From: Phoronis australis | Taxonomy: Eukaryota > Animalia > Phoronida | Length of the DNA: 64,000 nt | Reading direction: 5' to 3' | Assembly (NCBI GenBank): GCA_002633005.1 | Contig: NMRA01000137.1 | Location: forward strand, 744,001-808,000 | Part shown: positions 39,701-50,400 of the stretch, in pieces | Position numbering within the stretch: position 1 is the first letter of the stretch | Layout: each line of letters opens with the position of its first letter | The notes under the pieces: generated by a model | What the model saw: the letters and a program-made list of their open reading frames with translations, nothing else | Told to the model about the DNA's origin: nothing | The model's database searches: none | Program-made: the position numbers and the translations under genes

Positions 39701-42700
39701 GCTATCCCAGATGCCCCGGCAATGTTGACAATTTACGTTCCTCCGAAACATAAGGAGCAATTTCTGCTTTTCGAGGTGAACGTCGTCGGCAACACCGCGG
39801 TAAGAAAGGAATTTGCCGCGGAAATTTTATATCAAATCCGATTTTTTTTACGCGGAAATATAATAAAATGCGCGGACACAACATTTGAAAAAAGCGGAAA
39901 TCCGTGTTTCCGCGGAAAATTCCAAGACTTGATTCTAGATTTGCTGCAGGGGGACCTATAAAATTATTTTCATTATTTTAAGTTCTTATAATTACGATAC
40001 AAAATTATAAAAATTTTTGAAAATTGGCCCAGATTATCTAGAAAGCCTGAAATACATACACATTTACGGTAATTCAACAAAAATTTAATTCCAACGCAAT
40101 GGAAAAAAGTCAACACGACAACCTGTGGATCATACCCCAACTGTTAGCATGGAAAAAATGAAAGTCAAAAACAACATACTTTAAACTATAGAACACATCA
40201 ATCACAATCGTAAGTTGGCCAAACTTTTCAGATTAAAACAATACTTACAGGAGATAATTGCTCATAAGCCATGCCGGTGTAAAACAAACTATGTGACATA
40301 AGAAATAACTACAAGAACACTCAAAATAGGCTAGCAGAATTTGTAAACAATGGCTTGGACCAATCAGATCATTCAGAACCTGCCACGTGACCACTTCTCT
40401 CTTGAACTGCATAACTCGAGTCGGTCAAAATAGGACTTTTTAACAAAAATAAAACATGAAAAATGTCAAAATAAATTGAAATACATCAACGGCAACTTAA
40501 AACACATTTGCAGTAACAAAAATAGCACTTTGTATCCTGTTTCGGCAGCATGTGGAAAATCGGCAGACTCTGGCCTAGCAGCGAACTTGGCAACTGCCAG
40601 CACGGGCTTGCACATGAGATCAAACAAAAGAATTTCATACATCACTCACATCCCATGATTCCAATCCAACATATTACCGGTTACGGTTGAATTTCCCTTC
40701 AGAAAGCGTTTTTCTTTCTTGTGTTTCATTGTTTTCAGGTGGTTCTCCGCGATTTGGCCACACACACCGTAATTGTCCCTCTATCAAAGTTTACAGAGCA
40801 CAAACCCAGACCTTTGTTGTATGCGAACACATTGACCGTTTCTTTTATCCACTTTTTCCACGAAATATTCTGTCTACTCCAAGCTCCAGGCATTTTTGGC
40901 CGCAGAATCGCACTATTTGTCACCGCGATTAATACCATATGCAGACGCCATTGATGAACCACGCAATCCCAGGTGCCCCGGCAATTACGACTTTCGTTCC
41001 TCCAAAACATAAAGAGCTGTATCCGCTTTTCGAGTGGTCGGCAACGCCGCGGTTAGAAACCAATTTACAGCGGAAATTTAATGGCAAATCCGATTTTTTC
41101 GGTGGAAATATAACAAAAATGTGCAGAGGGAATAAGAGAAAAAAGTGGAAATCCGCATTTCCGCGGAAAATTCCAAGCCNATTATCTAGAAAGCCTGAAA
41201 TACATACACATTTAATTCAACAAAAATTTAATTCCAACGCAATGGAAAAAAGTCAATACGACAACCTGTGGATCATACCCCAACTGTTAGCATGGAAAAA
41301 TGAAAGTCAAAAACAACATACTTTAAACTATAGAACACATCAATCACAATCATAAGTTGGCCAAACTTTTCAGATTAAAACAATACTTACAGGAGATAAT
41401 TGCTCATAAGCCATGCCGGTGTAGAACAAACTATGTGACATAAGAAATAACTACAAGAACACTCAAAATAGGCTAGCAGAATTTGTAAACAATGGCTTAG
41501 ACTAATCAGATCATTCAGAACCAGCCACGTGACCACTTCTCTTGAACTGCAAAACTCGAGTAGGTCAAAATAGGACTTTTTAACAAAAAGTAAAACATGA
41601 AAAATGTCAAAATGAATTGAAATACATCAACGGCAACTTAAAACACATTTGCAGTAACGAAAATAACACTTTGTATCCTGTTTCGGCGGCATGTGGAAAA
41701 TCGGCAGACTCTGGTCTAGCAGCGAACTTGGCAACTGCCGGCACGGGCTTGCACATGAGATCAAACAAAAGAATTTCATACATCACTCACATCCCATGAT
41801 TCCAATCCAACATATTACCGGTTACGGTTGAATTTCCCTTCAGAAAGCGTTTTTCTTTCTTGTGTTTCATTGTTTTCAGGTGGTTCTCCGCGATTCGGCC
41901 AAACACACCGTAATTGTCCCTCTATCAAAGTTTACAGAGCACAAACCCAGACCTTTGTTATATGCGAACACATTGACCGTTTCTTTTATCCACTTTTTCC
42001 ACGAAATATTCTGTCTACTCCAAGCTCCAGGCATTTTTGGCCGCAGAATCGCACTATTTGTCACCGCGATTAATACCATATGCAGACGCCATTGATGAAC
42101 CACGCAATCCCAGGTGCCCCGGCAATTACGACTTTCGTTCCTCCAAAACATAAAGAGCTGTATCCGCTTTTCGAGTGGTCGGCAACGCCGCGGTTAGAAA
42201 CCAATTTACAGCGGAAATTTAATGGCAAATCCGATTTTTTCGGTGGAAATATAACAAAAATGTGCAGAGGGAATAAGAGAAAAAAGTGGAAATCCGCATT
42301 TCCGCGGAAAATTCCAAGCCTAGCTACAAGACAGTTAACCAGATTAGTGCATCAGTTTATGCTCAATATTTAATTCATTGCACTAAAAACATCTTGCAGG
42401 TTATGCTCTCAAAACTTAAGCATCCTTTGTCAGTACTGCAGAGATCTAATGTTGTATACAAGTTTGACTGACAGTGTGATGAGCTTTATGTTGGCATGAC
42501 AACTTGGAGATTAAGTCAAAAAGCAAAAGAACATTCTAATAGTGACAACAGTGCCATCTGTGTTCATTCTATGGTAACAGGCCATGTAATAGATTATGCC
42601 GATCCTACAATTCTTCACAATCATAGATTCAGATTGGTTATTAAAGAGAGACTTGCCATTGTTGATCTAAATGCAAGGGCTTTCCTGAACGGCAAACCGT

Positions 42701-44895
42701 GTTGGTTGAGATCACCCTTTGGGGATAGCTTTGACTTTTAAATGTAACTGCTTTACAAGTGTTTTATTTCAATTAACTTTTGTAACTTGTGACCATGTCT
42801 GTTGTGGATTGATATACTCCTCGAGGATGAATATTGAACTTCATCGAAACATTGCACTTGTGTATATATGTCAATACAGAATGCCAACAACAATTGTGCT
42901 GGGTTTTCTACTATTTGTTTGGTCCAAAACCAACATCGTCAATAATTTCATTGCAATTTCACAAAACCTCAAGAAATCTCACGTAATATCATAAAATTTG
43001 ATAAAGTTCTCTTGAATTCTCACATACCTGCAACTGAGGCTTATTGTTATTTTTCTTCTCCGTTGTCTGTTGCATTATCTGTGTCTGCTGCAGAACATTC
43101 AGCTGCAGCTGCTCGTTGAGTTGCTGAAGCATCTGCTCCTGTAGCTTGGTCTGTTGCTGAAAACACACAACAGCAATGCGATGACAATGCTGTACAGATA
43201 CACTGACACTTGGGTGAATTGCTGAAAGCACAACACAGCAATGCAGTTGGCAATGTGACGGAACAACAAAACTTTGTATAGTCAAAAAAATGGCAGTATT
43301 ACTACATACCTTGCATGATTTGCACTGTGCAACCATCATCAAAAACATATAGCAATTTGTTTAGCTTAAACAATGTGACAAGTTTTAGCCTACGAAAAAT
43401 GGGTACATAGCAAATGTAGCAATCAATTTCGTGTAACTATCATCCTGCAATGTTAAACATCTGCATGACAAGAATTCTAATTGCATAAACTGCACAATAC
43501 AAGAGTCCCCCACCATGAATACAAATTAGGTAGAGTAAAAAGTAATTCATGTGTTTTCCATTTACTTGATGAAAACCGATATTTCTAGAAAGATATCGAC
43601 TGGATTGTCAAACGTTTGCAACTATGGCATTCCAATAAATTTCAAGATTGTGACAAACTCATTCTTCCATCTGAGAACCATATATTCTCAAGTTGGAGCG
43701 AAGTGTAAGAATGCCGATGTCGGATGTCGTCAGCAAAAATTCGGTCCACCGTTCGTGGCATGGATATTTGCGATTCGTTGACTGAGCCTGGCAGTATCAC
43801 CACCATCCGGACCCGGATAATCTGTCGTATCTCCATCTGAGTCAACATCAGTATCTGATCTCTCGGTTTTTAAAATTATCCTAAGCAGTCTGTCTACACC
43901 TTCTCGTGGCAGACGATGTTACTAAGTATGTACAATACGCATGTCAATCGGTAACTATATAATATCGAGATCGCAAGATGCACCACTAATAAAATAATAT
44001 CAGTGAGTACACAGTAAGAGACTGCATTTCTTGGATTATGATTGGTCCAGAGTTTCCGCTAATGCTTTGGGATCAGAAGAGCTGCAAGGGAGGCAATGGC
44101 ATATAAATAGGTGAGTACTCTCTTGATTCGTTAGGCGTGATCAAAAATTTCCGATCGCACTTATCGTGACATGCGCTGAAAGTTGAATACGGAAACTACC
44201 TGTTGATGTAGAAACAAAGACTGCTGTTGCATCATCTGCTGCAGCTGCTGCGGGGTCAACACATGCTGTTGCAGGAGCATCTGCATTTGCTGTGATGTCA
44301 TCAAATTCTGCGGTGACATCGGCAGGGACGGCTGAGACGAGGGGGTCGTTAGGGGAGGCGGCGATACGTCAGTCGGAGCTGCTGACTGTGATGCCTGTTT
44401 GCTGATGGTTTTTGGCGTGTTCAGAATTGTCTAAAGGAGAAAATAATAATAAAAGACTATTCAAATACTCAGAATCGTGAATTTCAATTTCAAAACATCT
44501 AGGTTCCATGAGTTTCCCAACATGTTTCAAGTTCTCGAGGTGCAGTCCATCCAATGTGATTTTGTTTAACAACCGCGCCTGGCGAAAGTCCAGAATAAAA
44601 CTCAGATAAAACAAACAATCAAGATATTTACACGCCACGTCTCCAAACTAGGTCCGCGTGGCCTCATTCAAACAAGTTTTCTTAGTTACACACCCGACTC
44701 AGCGTCTAATGTTGCTTTTAAGTTCAACTAGGTAACACATTTCCAATGCACATAGTCCATCCTCACCTGCATTGAGTCCCCATTCTCTCGCAACGCTCCC
44801 TCCCCGTTGGACGTTGTCTTTCCCGCCTCTTTCACCCGAGACAGATTGATGGCCATATCATGTCCGCTGCTCACACTTTCCGTTAGTCCATTCTC
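12605..44895 (-). CDS. FoxP: Forkhead box P transcription factor (FoxP1/2/4-like), 5'-partial multi-exon gene
   Basis: Chain of GT-AG exons with consistent phases. Encodes a Q-rich region, QLWKEV motif, zinc finger ([13 protein letters not shown]...FLKHLNTEH), leucine zipper ([39 protein letters not shown]), GPIRRR.SDK and the forkhead ([12 protein letters not shown]...[28 protein letters not shown]). Confidence 0.97.
13200..13315 (-). CDS. FoxP: FoxP exon ([14 protein letters not shown]...[16 protein letters not shown])
   Basis: Matches vertebrate AALAESSLPLL; cgcag| acceptor, AG|gtaat donor. Confidence 0.9.
13373..13663. mobile_element. MITE, PIF/Harbinger-like
   Basis: Ends GGGGTCCATTTCA / TGAAACAGACCC, inner AGTCAGAAATTTTG / CAAAATTTCTGACT, flanked by CAG/CTG. 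A related right-end remnant lies near 50940-50990. Confidence 0.6.
14336..14414 (-). CDS. FoxP: FoxP exon after the forkhead ([26 protein letters not shown])
   Basis: LNASL motif conserved with vertebrate FOXP; ctacag|G acceptor, AGG|gtaagt donor, phase 2/0. Confidence 0.9.
14684..14762 (-). CDS. Candidate alternative terminal FoxP exon ([25 protein letters not shown])
   Basis: gttctcag|C acceptor in the required phase 2, stop at 14684-14686, AATAAA at 14662-14667. No transcript evidence. Confidence 0.35.
15170..15291 (-). CDS. FoxP: FoxP forkhead C-terminal exon ([40 protein letters not shown])
   Basis: tttcag|AAC acceptor, GG|gtgagt donor, 122 nt; near-identical to the FOXP recognition helix and wing. 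Confidence 0.97.
16019..17372 (+). mobile_element. Kolobok-like DNA transposon derivative with long TIRs and a decayed THAP gene
   Basis: TTAA on both sides (16015-18, 17373-76); termini AGGCGAAGG / CCTTCGCTT; ~155-bp imperfect TIRs including TACTCCGGAAGTGACGTTTTGGGAGTCAAGAATTA and its inverse near 17220-17255; internal THAP remnant. Confidence 0.8.
16289..16920 (+). pseudogene. Disrupted THAP zinc-finger (transposon protein N-terminus)
   Basis: [10 protein letters not shown]...[15 protein letters not shown], then after a frameshift [11 protein letters not shown], an in-frame stop, and LKKGAILSL (AVPTIF-box like). No catalytic domain seen. Confidence 0.8.
17932..18033 (-). CDS. FoxP: FoxP forkhead middle exon, variant B ([34 protein letters not shown])
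   Basis: tttctgtttaccag|GCT acceptor, AAG|gtattg donor, 102 nt, phase 0/0, no stop; paralogous to 18387-18488; absent from the ORF track. Confidence 0.9.
18387..18488 (-). CDS. FoxP: FoxP forkhead middle exon, variant A ([34 protein letters not shown])
   Basis: ttctgtttgcag|GCA acceptor, AAG|gtacga donor, 102 nt, phase 0/0. Confidence 0.95.
19526..19602 (-). CDS. FoxP: FoxP forkhead N-terminal exon ([26 protein letters not shown])
   Basis: tttgcag|AA acceptor, CAG|gtgagt donor, phase 1/0. Confidence 0.96.
20484..20718 (-). CDS. FoxP: FoxP exon ([10 protein letters not shown]...[17 protein letters not shown])
   Basis: Conserved GPIRRR.SDK motif; ttttccag| acceptor, G|gtgagt donor, phase 0/1. 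Confidence 0.92.
21129..21212 (-). CDS. FoxP: FoxP leucine-zipper exon ([28 protein letters not shown])
   Basis: tttctag| acceptor, CAG|gtgag donor, 84 nt. Confidence 0.95.
23751..23838 (-). CDS. FoxP: FoxP zinc-finger/zipper exon ([29 protein letters not shown])
   Basis: ttttccag|G acceptor, CAG|gtagg donor, phase 2/0. Confidence 0.96.
24264..24414 (-). CDS. FoxP: FoxP zinc-finger exon (GSLGPLGG...[25 protein letters not shown])
   Basis: ccacag|GC acceptor, AA|gtacgt donor, phase 1/2. Confidence 0.95.
29334..29513 (-). CDS. FoxP: FoxP exon ([16 protein letters not shown]...FLMQ)
   Basis: QLWKEV motif; tttctag|CA acceptor, AG|gttag donor, phase 1/1. Confidence 0.92.
30167..30281. repeat. 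Minisatellite, 24-bp unit GTACTGACTGCGTGGTGTTGTACT, ~4.8 copies
   Basis: Head-to-tail, nearly identical units with no spacers. Confidence 0.95.
32570..32992. repeat. Diverged direct repeat, two ~175-bp copies about 240 bp apart
   Basis: Shared colinear blocks TTGCTC.CATCCCAA.AAAAAGA.TTTTCGT, GTGAAACAGGC, GTCTACTCAACCCA, CACAAGATGCA, CACTTCACA and GTAAACCAACTG. Confidence 0.8.
33030..33147 (-). CDS. FoxP: FoxP Q-rich exon ([39 protein letters not shown])
   Basis: tttctag|GCA acceptor, G|gtgagt donor, phase 0/1; absent from the ORF track in this frame. Confidence 0.92.
34390..34439 (-). other. Candidate 50-nt alternative FoxP exon carrying an in-frame ATG ([15 protein letters not shown])
   Basis: Acceptor tttcattgttttcttgcgtctag|, AAAACATG, donor TCG|gtaagc. 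The ATG frame joins exon 33147 in phase 0. Confidence 0.4.
35955..37349. mobile_element. Non-autonomous Tc1/mariner-superfamily (pogo/Tc2-like) element, ~1.4 kb
   Basis: TA|CCGTATTCG ... CGAATACGG|TA ends, with subterminal TAAGCGCCC repeats at both ends; no transposase ORF. Confidence 0.75.
37922..38830. repeat. Near-identical ~210-bp duplication (37922-38132 and 38620-38830) across the N at 38619
   Basis: Few substitutions; the second copy starts immediately after the N. Confidence 0.85.
38133..38618 (+). mobile_element. Truncated Helentron/HINE-like element, same family as 53278
   Basis: Begins ACAAGAGCAACGCAGAGCGTTGAAATGCGCCCAC, as at 53279; contains AAATTGCCACTAGAGGCA units; cut by the N. 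Confidence 0.65.
39436..39931. mobile_element. ~500-bp MITE (TIR CAGGGCTTGGAAT) nested in a related element, 5-bp TSD ATTCT
   Basis: ATTCT|CAGGGCTTGGAAT ... ATTCCAAGACTTG|ATTCT; highly similar full-length copy at 54868-55367. Confidence 0.85.
40033..42320. repeat. Near-identical ~1.14-kb tandem duplication (40033-41179 and 41181-42320) across the N at 41180
   Basis: Both copies start ATTATCTAGAAAGCCTG and end TTCCAAGCC; the ORF track shows duplicated ORFs. Confidence 0.9.
43028..43156 (-). CDS. FoxP: FoxP Q-rich exon ([24 protein letters not shown]...KPQLQ)
   Basis: gttttcag| acceptor, CAG|gtatgt donor, 129 nt, phase 0/0. Confidence 0.92.
44200..44430 (-). CDS. FoxP: FoxP exon (TILNTPK...[40 protein letters not shown])
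   Basis: Resembles vertebrate [27 protein letters not shown]; tctcctttag| acceptor, CAG|gtagt donor, 231 nt open. Confidence 0.9.
44767..44895 (-). CDS. FoxP: FoxP N-terminal exon ([23 protein letters not shown]...GDSMQ)
   Basis: ttttacag|GAG acceptor, CAG|gtgagg donor, 129 nt, phase 0 donor matches the next exon. Confidence 0.8.
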
Positions 44896-47428
44896 CTGTA
44901 AAAGTAGACAGATTAGATACACGAATTACACAATAAAATTTGACTGCCACTCCGTCCCTACCACATCTATTCTGGTTAGAGTCCTTGTTCGGCTCAAATG
45001 CCTACCAATGAAATTCAAAAAGTTAAATGACAGTGTTGTACAGCCAACCGTCAACTTACAGTCACTCACAGCGTAGAAAATGTTCCTCGCTCACGAACTG
45101 CTAGGAAATTCTCAAAAAAGTTCTTTCCTCATGAGTTTCAGTTCTTTACTGACATGTGCCAACCATAGATACAAAGATATAGATTGGCTTATCACGTGAC
45201 TTTGTATATGTACAGTGTGCGGCCATTTCTTGTGTGGAACTGAGTGTTACGGAATGTTCAGATTAACGACAATTTTTAGCACCCATAACTTGTTAGCTTC
45301 ACCCAAGGAATAGTATACTTTTTAATATCATCCATTTTGGGCTCGATCTTCTACTTCCCTCACAGGTAGTTCCAAAGCTGTATTGTACCATGGCCAGTGT
45401 AACTCACGCTTACTCTCAGACATGAAAAATGTAGTTTCAGTAAAATTCTTCAGTTTGGGGCACAATATGGAGGACAAAACAAAGTCGAGTTGAAATCACC
45501 AAACAGTATCTCATATCCCTTTAAATCATCTGTTCTTCAAGACGAGCTACAGAACCCATAACATTTTGCATCGTTCATCATACCTAAAACAAGCCGCTGT
45601 TTACATTTTTACTCCCGATTAAACTCCGAAGCATTGTAATGACATGTCAATGATTTTTACACAAACAGATCCTGAGAATCTCAAGTGCAACAAATTTCCT
45701 TAGCACAACAGAAAACCAACTCAGGTGCACATTGTAATCTTGCACAATGTTTGAATAGCTAACACAGTGAAATATCTATTGTAAATCCATTTTAACTATG
45801 AGTTACGTTTGTCAGCTATAGGAAACAATGGCTGGTGTTTTGAATTTACTTCACATTCAAGAAATTCATCAGTCGTGATATTTTCTCCTTTGTCTAGTCA
45901 GAGTCGAAACTGCATACCGTGTCAATCAAAAGATGGCAGCACCTTCCCATGTAAGAAATCCCCTACTTTTCATCTCCACAAAATGGGTGTGGGGGGGTCC
46001 TTACTAATAAATTGAGTAATTAGTACCAAGCATCTAACATTAATAATTTCTAAGAGTGACAGTCAATAAACAGTTGCCAGGCAACAGAAGTATGTCAGGC
46101 ATGAAAAACACACTACATCCCAAGAGTACTGAATGTTTATCTTACGTTATTTACCAAGCAGTGTCCATACAAGGAACCACGGAATGCAAATCTTGTCTTC
46201 AGGAAATTGAACATAAAGCAAAGAAAACACCACGCCTATTCTTGACTTGAGAACTGAGCACAACACTGCCAGCCAGCCAAGGGAGACAGAGCGTTTATTT
46301 ACAAAGACCAGCATTAGAATCTAGTTTTCGCCCTAGACTTGGTTTCCCAGTTCAAAGCAAACATGTTTAATTACTTAAAGCTCACTGGCTGGTTGTTTAT
46401 TAAGATGTTGCATATTATGCAAAGCGTGTGTGGCAGCCCCAGGCCATGGGCAGCCATATTGTTTTTCTACACGTCTGCTACAGTGTTTTCACATATGTTG
46501 AAATTGTTTCAAAATAGCTTAAACACAACAAATTTGCAAATATAAACTGAATAAGAAGAGTCTCAGAAAAAGAGGCATTACACCAACATAAATCATTTTA
46601 AAATTTTGTTTCTATTTTTCCATTGAATTTCAACTCTTAATTTGTTTTCACACAAAATCACCTTGACGTATGTGCCAATATCAAATAAAACCATGGCTGA
46701 ATTAAAAACATACCCGACTTCAGTCACTACAACATACCAAAGAATGGTAACTACTTTTTGACAAACAATACTGGCTGTTTGAGCTGGTGTTAGAAAACAC
46801 TCAAGACAGGTGGCAAAACGAAAAACTCACTGGGGGGTCATCTGCCATATTGCTTTCTTGTTGTCTGTATTTATTTGTAAACCACACATCACCCAGGGCA
46901 GGTCTTGGGCAAGGTGTCAAGCTTGAACTTGTCAAAAATCACAGCTTCCACCCATAGACACAGTGTGTGTAAATGGTGGGTCTTCGTTTTTTGAAACTCA
47001 ATGTTAACTACAAGACTTTACACACTGTGAATCAAAACACACTATGGAAGAACTTGGTGTCTACTTGGCTCAGAATTTTAAAATGCACCGACTACATAAA
47101 CCTATTAAAATACGAGCTTTTGCAAATTTTGTACTTGGTTTTATTTTCAAATGCACACAGGATGTCTCGCCCCTCGACCAGTGTATATAAAACATAATTC
47201 ACCCTTCCAATCTAATGATGTGTCATTAACGCTCCAGATTTGAGACATTTAAAAACTTTCTTTCCTGTAAACGGGTGTTTACTCACATGAAACACAAAAA
47301 TTACCAGACAAGCACCCACAGACTGTCAGATCACTGACACACGCACTGTGGACACACAGGCTGGTGTCTGTCTTCACAGGGTGTTAAATTACAACGCAGG
47401 GGCACATTTTTTATATTATCAGTCTCAC

Positions 47429-47455
47429 AAATGTAAACAACGTTTGTTTACATTT
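47429..47455. promoter_or_regulatory. Perfect inverted pair of forkhead consensus sites
   Basis: AAATGTAAACAA-cgt-TTGTTTACATTT: 12-bp arms each containing GTAAACA. Function is inferred only. Confidence 0.35.
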
Positions 47456-50400
47456 CACAATAATGCATTTCCTATCAGATGAGTGTCTGACGGGACTACT
47501 TTTCCCTGAATGTGGCACCGCAATAGCTGTGTCAACTACTTTATGCACGAAGATGTCTGAAGACAGTTGACTGAAAGAATGACATAAACATGGTTTTGCT
47601 GTATGATCATGAAATACACCATCATAATTGATTTAATCCTTTGTACATGCATTTCCTTACAAGAACATGATTTCTAAAGATGAAACCAAATGAACCCAAC
47701 TTCATCATTACAACGTTATTACACAACTGGCACAAAGTGACAATTGTCAGAATCTAAACAGGAAAACAAACAAGTTTACTTTCACCCCCTTATCAATTTC
47801 ACTTAATCATCATGGGGTACTGTATTTCATCATATGGTCTTTGATATAACCTGAGGTTGTCCAAGAAATTAACTTCTGACTTATACCACTTGTAGCATAA
47901 AATTGATCTCAATTTGTTTGGTATATTCAGATGAGGAAAGACTGCTGGGTTTGCTGTTCCTCAAGAGAAAATGACCGAAGCGCATAAAATTACAAGTCAA
48001 CTTTTGGAACCTGTTCTCGAACAAAAAAGAACTGTGCGAAAAACATCCCCAATTTCACTAAGGAACTATTATTCAAAACCAACTTGACAATGATAAGTTG
48101 CCTAAAACAAAGGATATTTTTTACGATGGAACGTGGGTTCATAATTGCTGTAATAAGAGTTTAATATCTAAGCCTGAATTTTTCGGTAGAATTAAGCAAA
48201 CGAGGAGGGGGGTATCTCTTTCTCAGGCTGAACATGTTTAAACTTAAGATGCTCAATGTAGAAACAAGAGCTTATGCAAAAACTGAGGGCCCAAATGTTT
48301 TTGGTTTGGTCAACTCTGTTTGTAAACATTTAACCAAGAAGCATGCCAATGCTTATGACTGTTCTCAGTTTGCTTTGTGCATTTGTACAGGAGAAAAAAA
48401 AGTTTTAACTTACTGGTTTGGCTTTAAGTGGAACATTAATCAACATGGAAAATGTACCTTCAAGACAACCAAGCATTTATATAGTTACTAGAATATATAA
48501 ATAGAAAGGATGTGATTGTATTCAAAAATTTCAGTTGATCCGTTATTGTTGTTTTATCTTTATAAATATTCTACATTTAGTCCCACAATAGTAAAATTTA
48601 GAGGATCTGGATCACCTCATTTAGTTTCAGATATATTTTCTTTTAATATATATTCACTAAACGCAATATCAAAAAACGTTACATTCACCTTAAAGATCTA
48701 CCCCAAGTCTTGAACAAATGGTTCCAAAAAGTTTCCAACATCAAAGTCTGGGATCATTAAACATATTAACCAACACTCGAACTCCATAACGGACTATTCA
48801 AGTGACACAAACTCCCAAGATTTATGCGATGTGATTGGCTAACTTTTAGTCGCGTCTCGATTATAGTTTGGAGGCATCGAGCTTCAATGCTTCACAGAAT
48901 ACTTGTGTCATTTGATAAAAAAACCTTCACATGACAAACATTAAAAACATATCTAGGAAACTGCTCCATGCAATTACAAAAAAATCACGAAACCTTCTTC
49001 AATAGTATTACTTTAAAAGAAGATTAATACCAAATGGTTCGCGAATCTTTCTTTTTCAACTGTGGCGTAAATGTATCCGCACTGTACAGATTTCAGCAAT
49101 TTGCACGAGAACATGCTTGACATGAGAAACCTTTGTCTGCAACAACATGGAAAGGAAATCACCTCGAGTCCACGGCAGAAAAAAATTAAGAGGAAATCAA
49201 CCACAGCCACCTCCCGTGGAGAACAGATTATCCTTTTCCAATCACACTGGAGCAGACGTTTTTTGCGGCTTTAGATATGCATTTCCCATGAGTTTTCTAA
49301 ACAGATGTTTGTGTTTATCATTAGAGTGTCCGCTAAACAGTAAAATAAACAAACGGCAGGGCTGTTTCTCAGGAATGGACTAGACATCTAAACAGCACCA
49401 AATGTGTGAACCATTAGAGCTGACAAAAAACAACATCAAACTTCACTGACAGTCCGGAGAAAAAATGCTGCCAGGATAAGGAGACTGGCATCAGAAATAT
49501 ACCTGAGTGAAATGTCTTAACACTTCTTTTTATGCGGAGGGGGAGGTGGGGGGCATTGGTTCAGTACCCTTAATGTACCATGTCTATTTCAGTGAATGGG
49601 TGGGGTGTTTAAAATAAGAACATTAAAATAGCTTTTTAACCAGATCTATAGAAGATAAACGTTGAAATAAGAGATGATGCTGTGTTGAGAAGGACGGCAT
49701 TTTAGTAACTTTTTATTCTTCAAGGCCCAGTTGTATTCAAGTTATAAAAAGTTTGATGTCACACAATGATCAAACTCATACATCGACTAAGTTTTGAAGT
49801 TTTATGCAAAACAGCTCTTTGTACCCAACTAAGAAGAAGCAGACCTTTCAGCAATACAATGTTCGATTATAAACTTACATCCACTCAATAAACTAAAGAA
49901 AACAGGATTCCATTAAAAGATATCTCATGTCTTCTAAACCTGATATAAACCAGGAAAGACTCAATCCAACACCATGTCAACAACAACTGCCTATCCAGGG
50001 TAACTGCAAGAGTTGAGGCTCCAAATTTCTTTTATTCATCAATCAACAAGCATAAATTCCTTTGTCAACGACACCAGAATCTTGGTTGTTGATGACTATA
50101 GGTCTAATGCAAGGTTTAGTTATTGCAGTGCTTGACAAGGGCAGGGTGGCGCATTCCACAAATGAACCCGTTTAAATTCTGGCTTTACATTAGGATGTTT
50201 TCGCAAACAACAGTCACATACAAAAGTCGTCTACAAGTTGTATACAAGTCGCATGTAACAGTTGAATACAATAGTTATTGGACCAGCAAAAAATCTTTGC
50301 TTATGGAAAAGGAAGTGAATTCTATCCCACAATTCACGAATTCTGCCCCATAATGCAACATTCCACCCTGATTCATCCGGCTATTCACTCGTGTGATTTT

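Larger units (their letters stand above)
39151..42323. mobile_element. Non-autonomous hAT-like element (TIR CAGGGCTTGGAAT) inserted in the Penelope copy; 3' part appears twice
   Basis: Starts CAGGGCTTGGAATGACC at 39151 and ends ATTCCAAGCC(n) at 41180 and ATTCCAAGCCTAG at 42323. Confidence 0.7.
38838..42860 (+). mobile_element. 5'-truncated, decayed Penelope-like retroelement split by an insertion (pieces ~38838-39150 and 42329-42860)
   Basis: Left piece reads [55 protein letters not shown]. Right piece reads [44 protein letters not shown], a GIY-YIG endonuclease. Stops and frameshifts are present. Confidence 0.85.

Noticed and set aside
40033-42320. Real recent 1.1-kb tandem duplication with duplicated genes
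   Set aside because: The junction is a single N and the copies differ at an allelic level, so unmerged haplotypes are more likely. The ORFs lie in non-coding transposon sequence.
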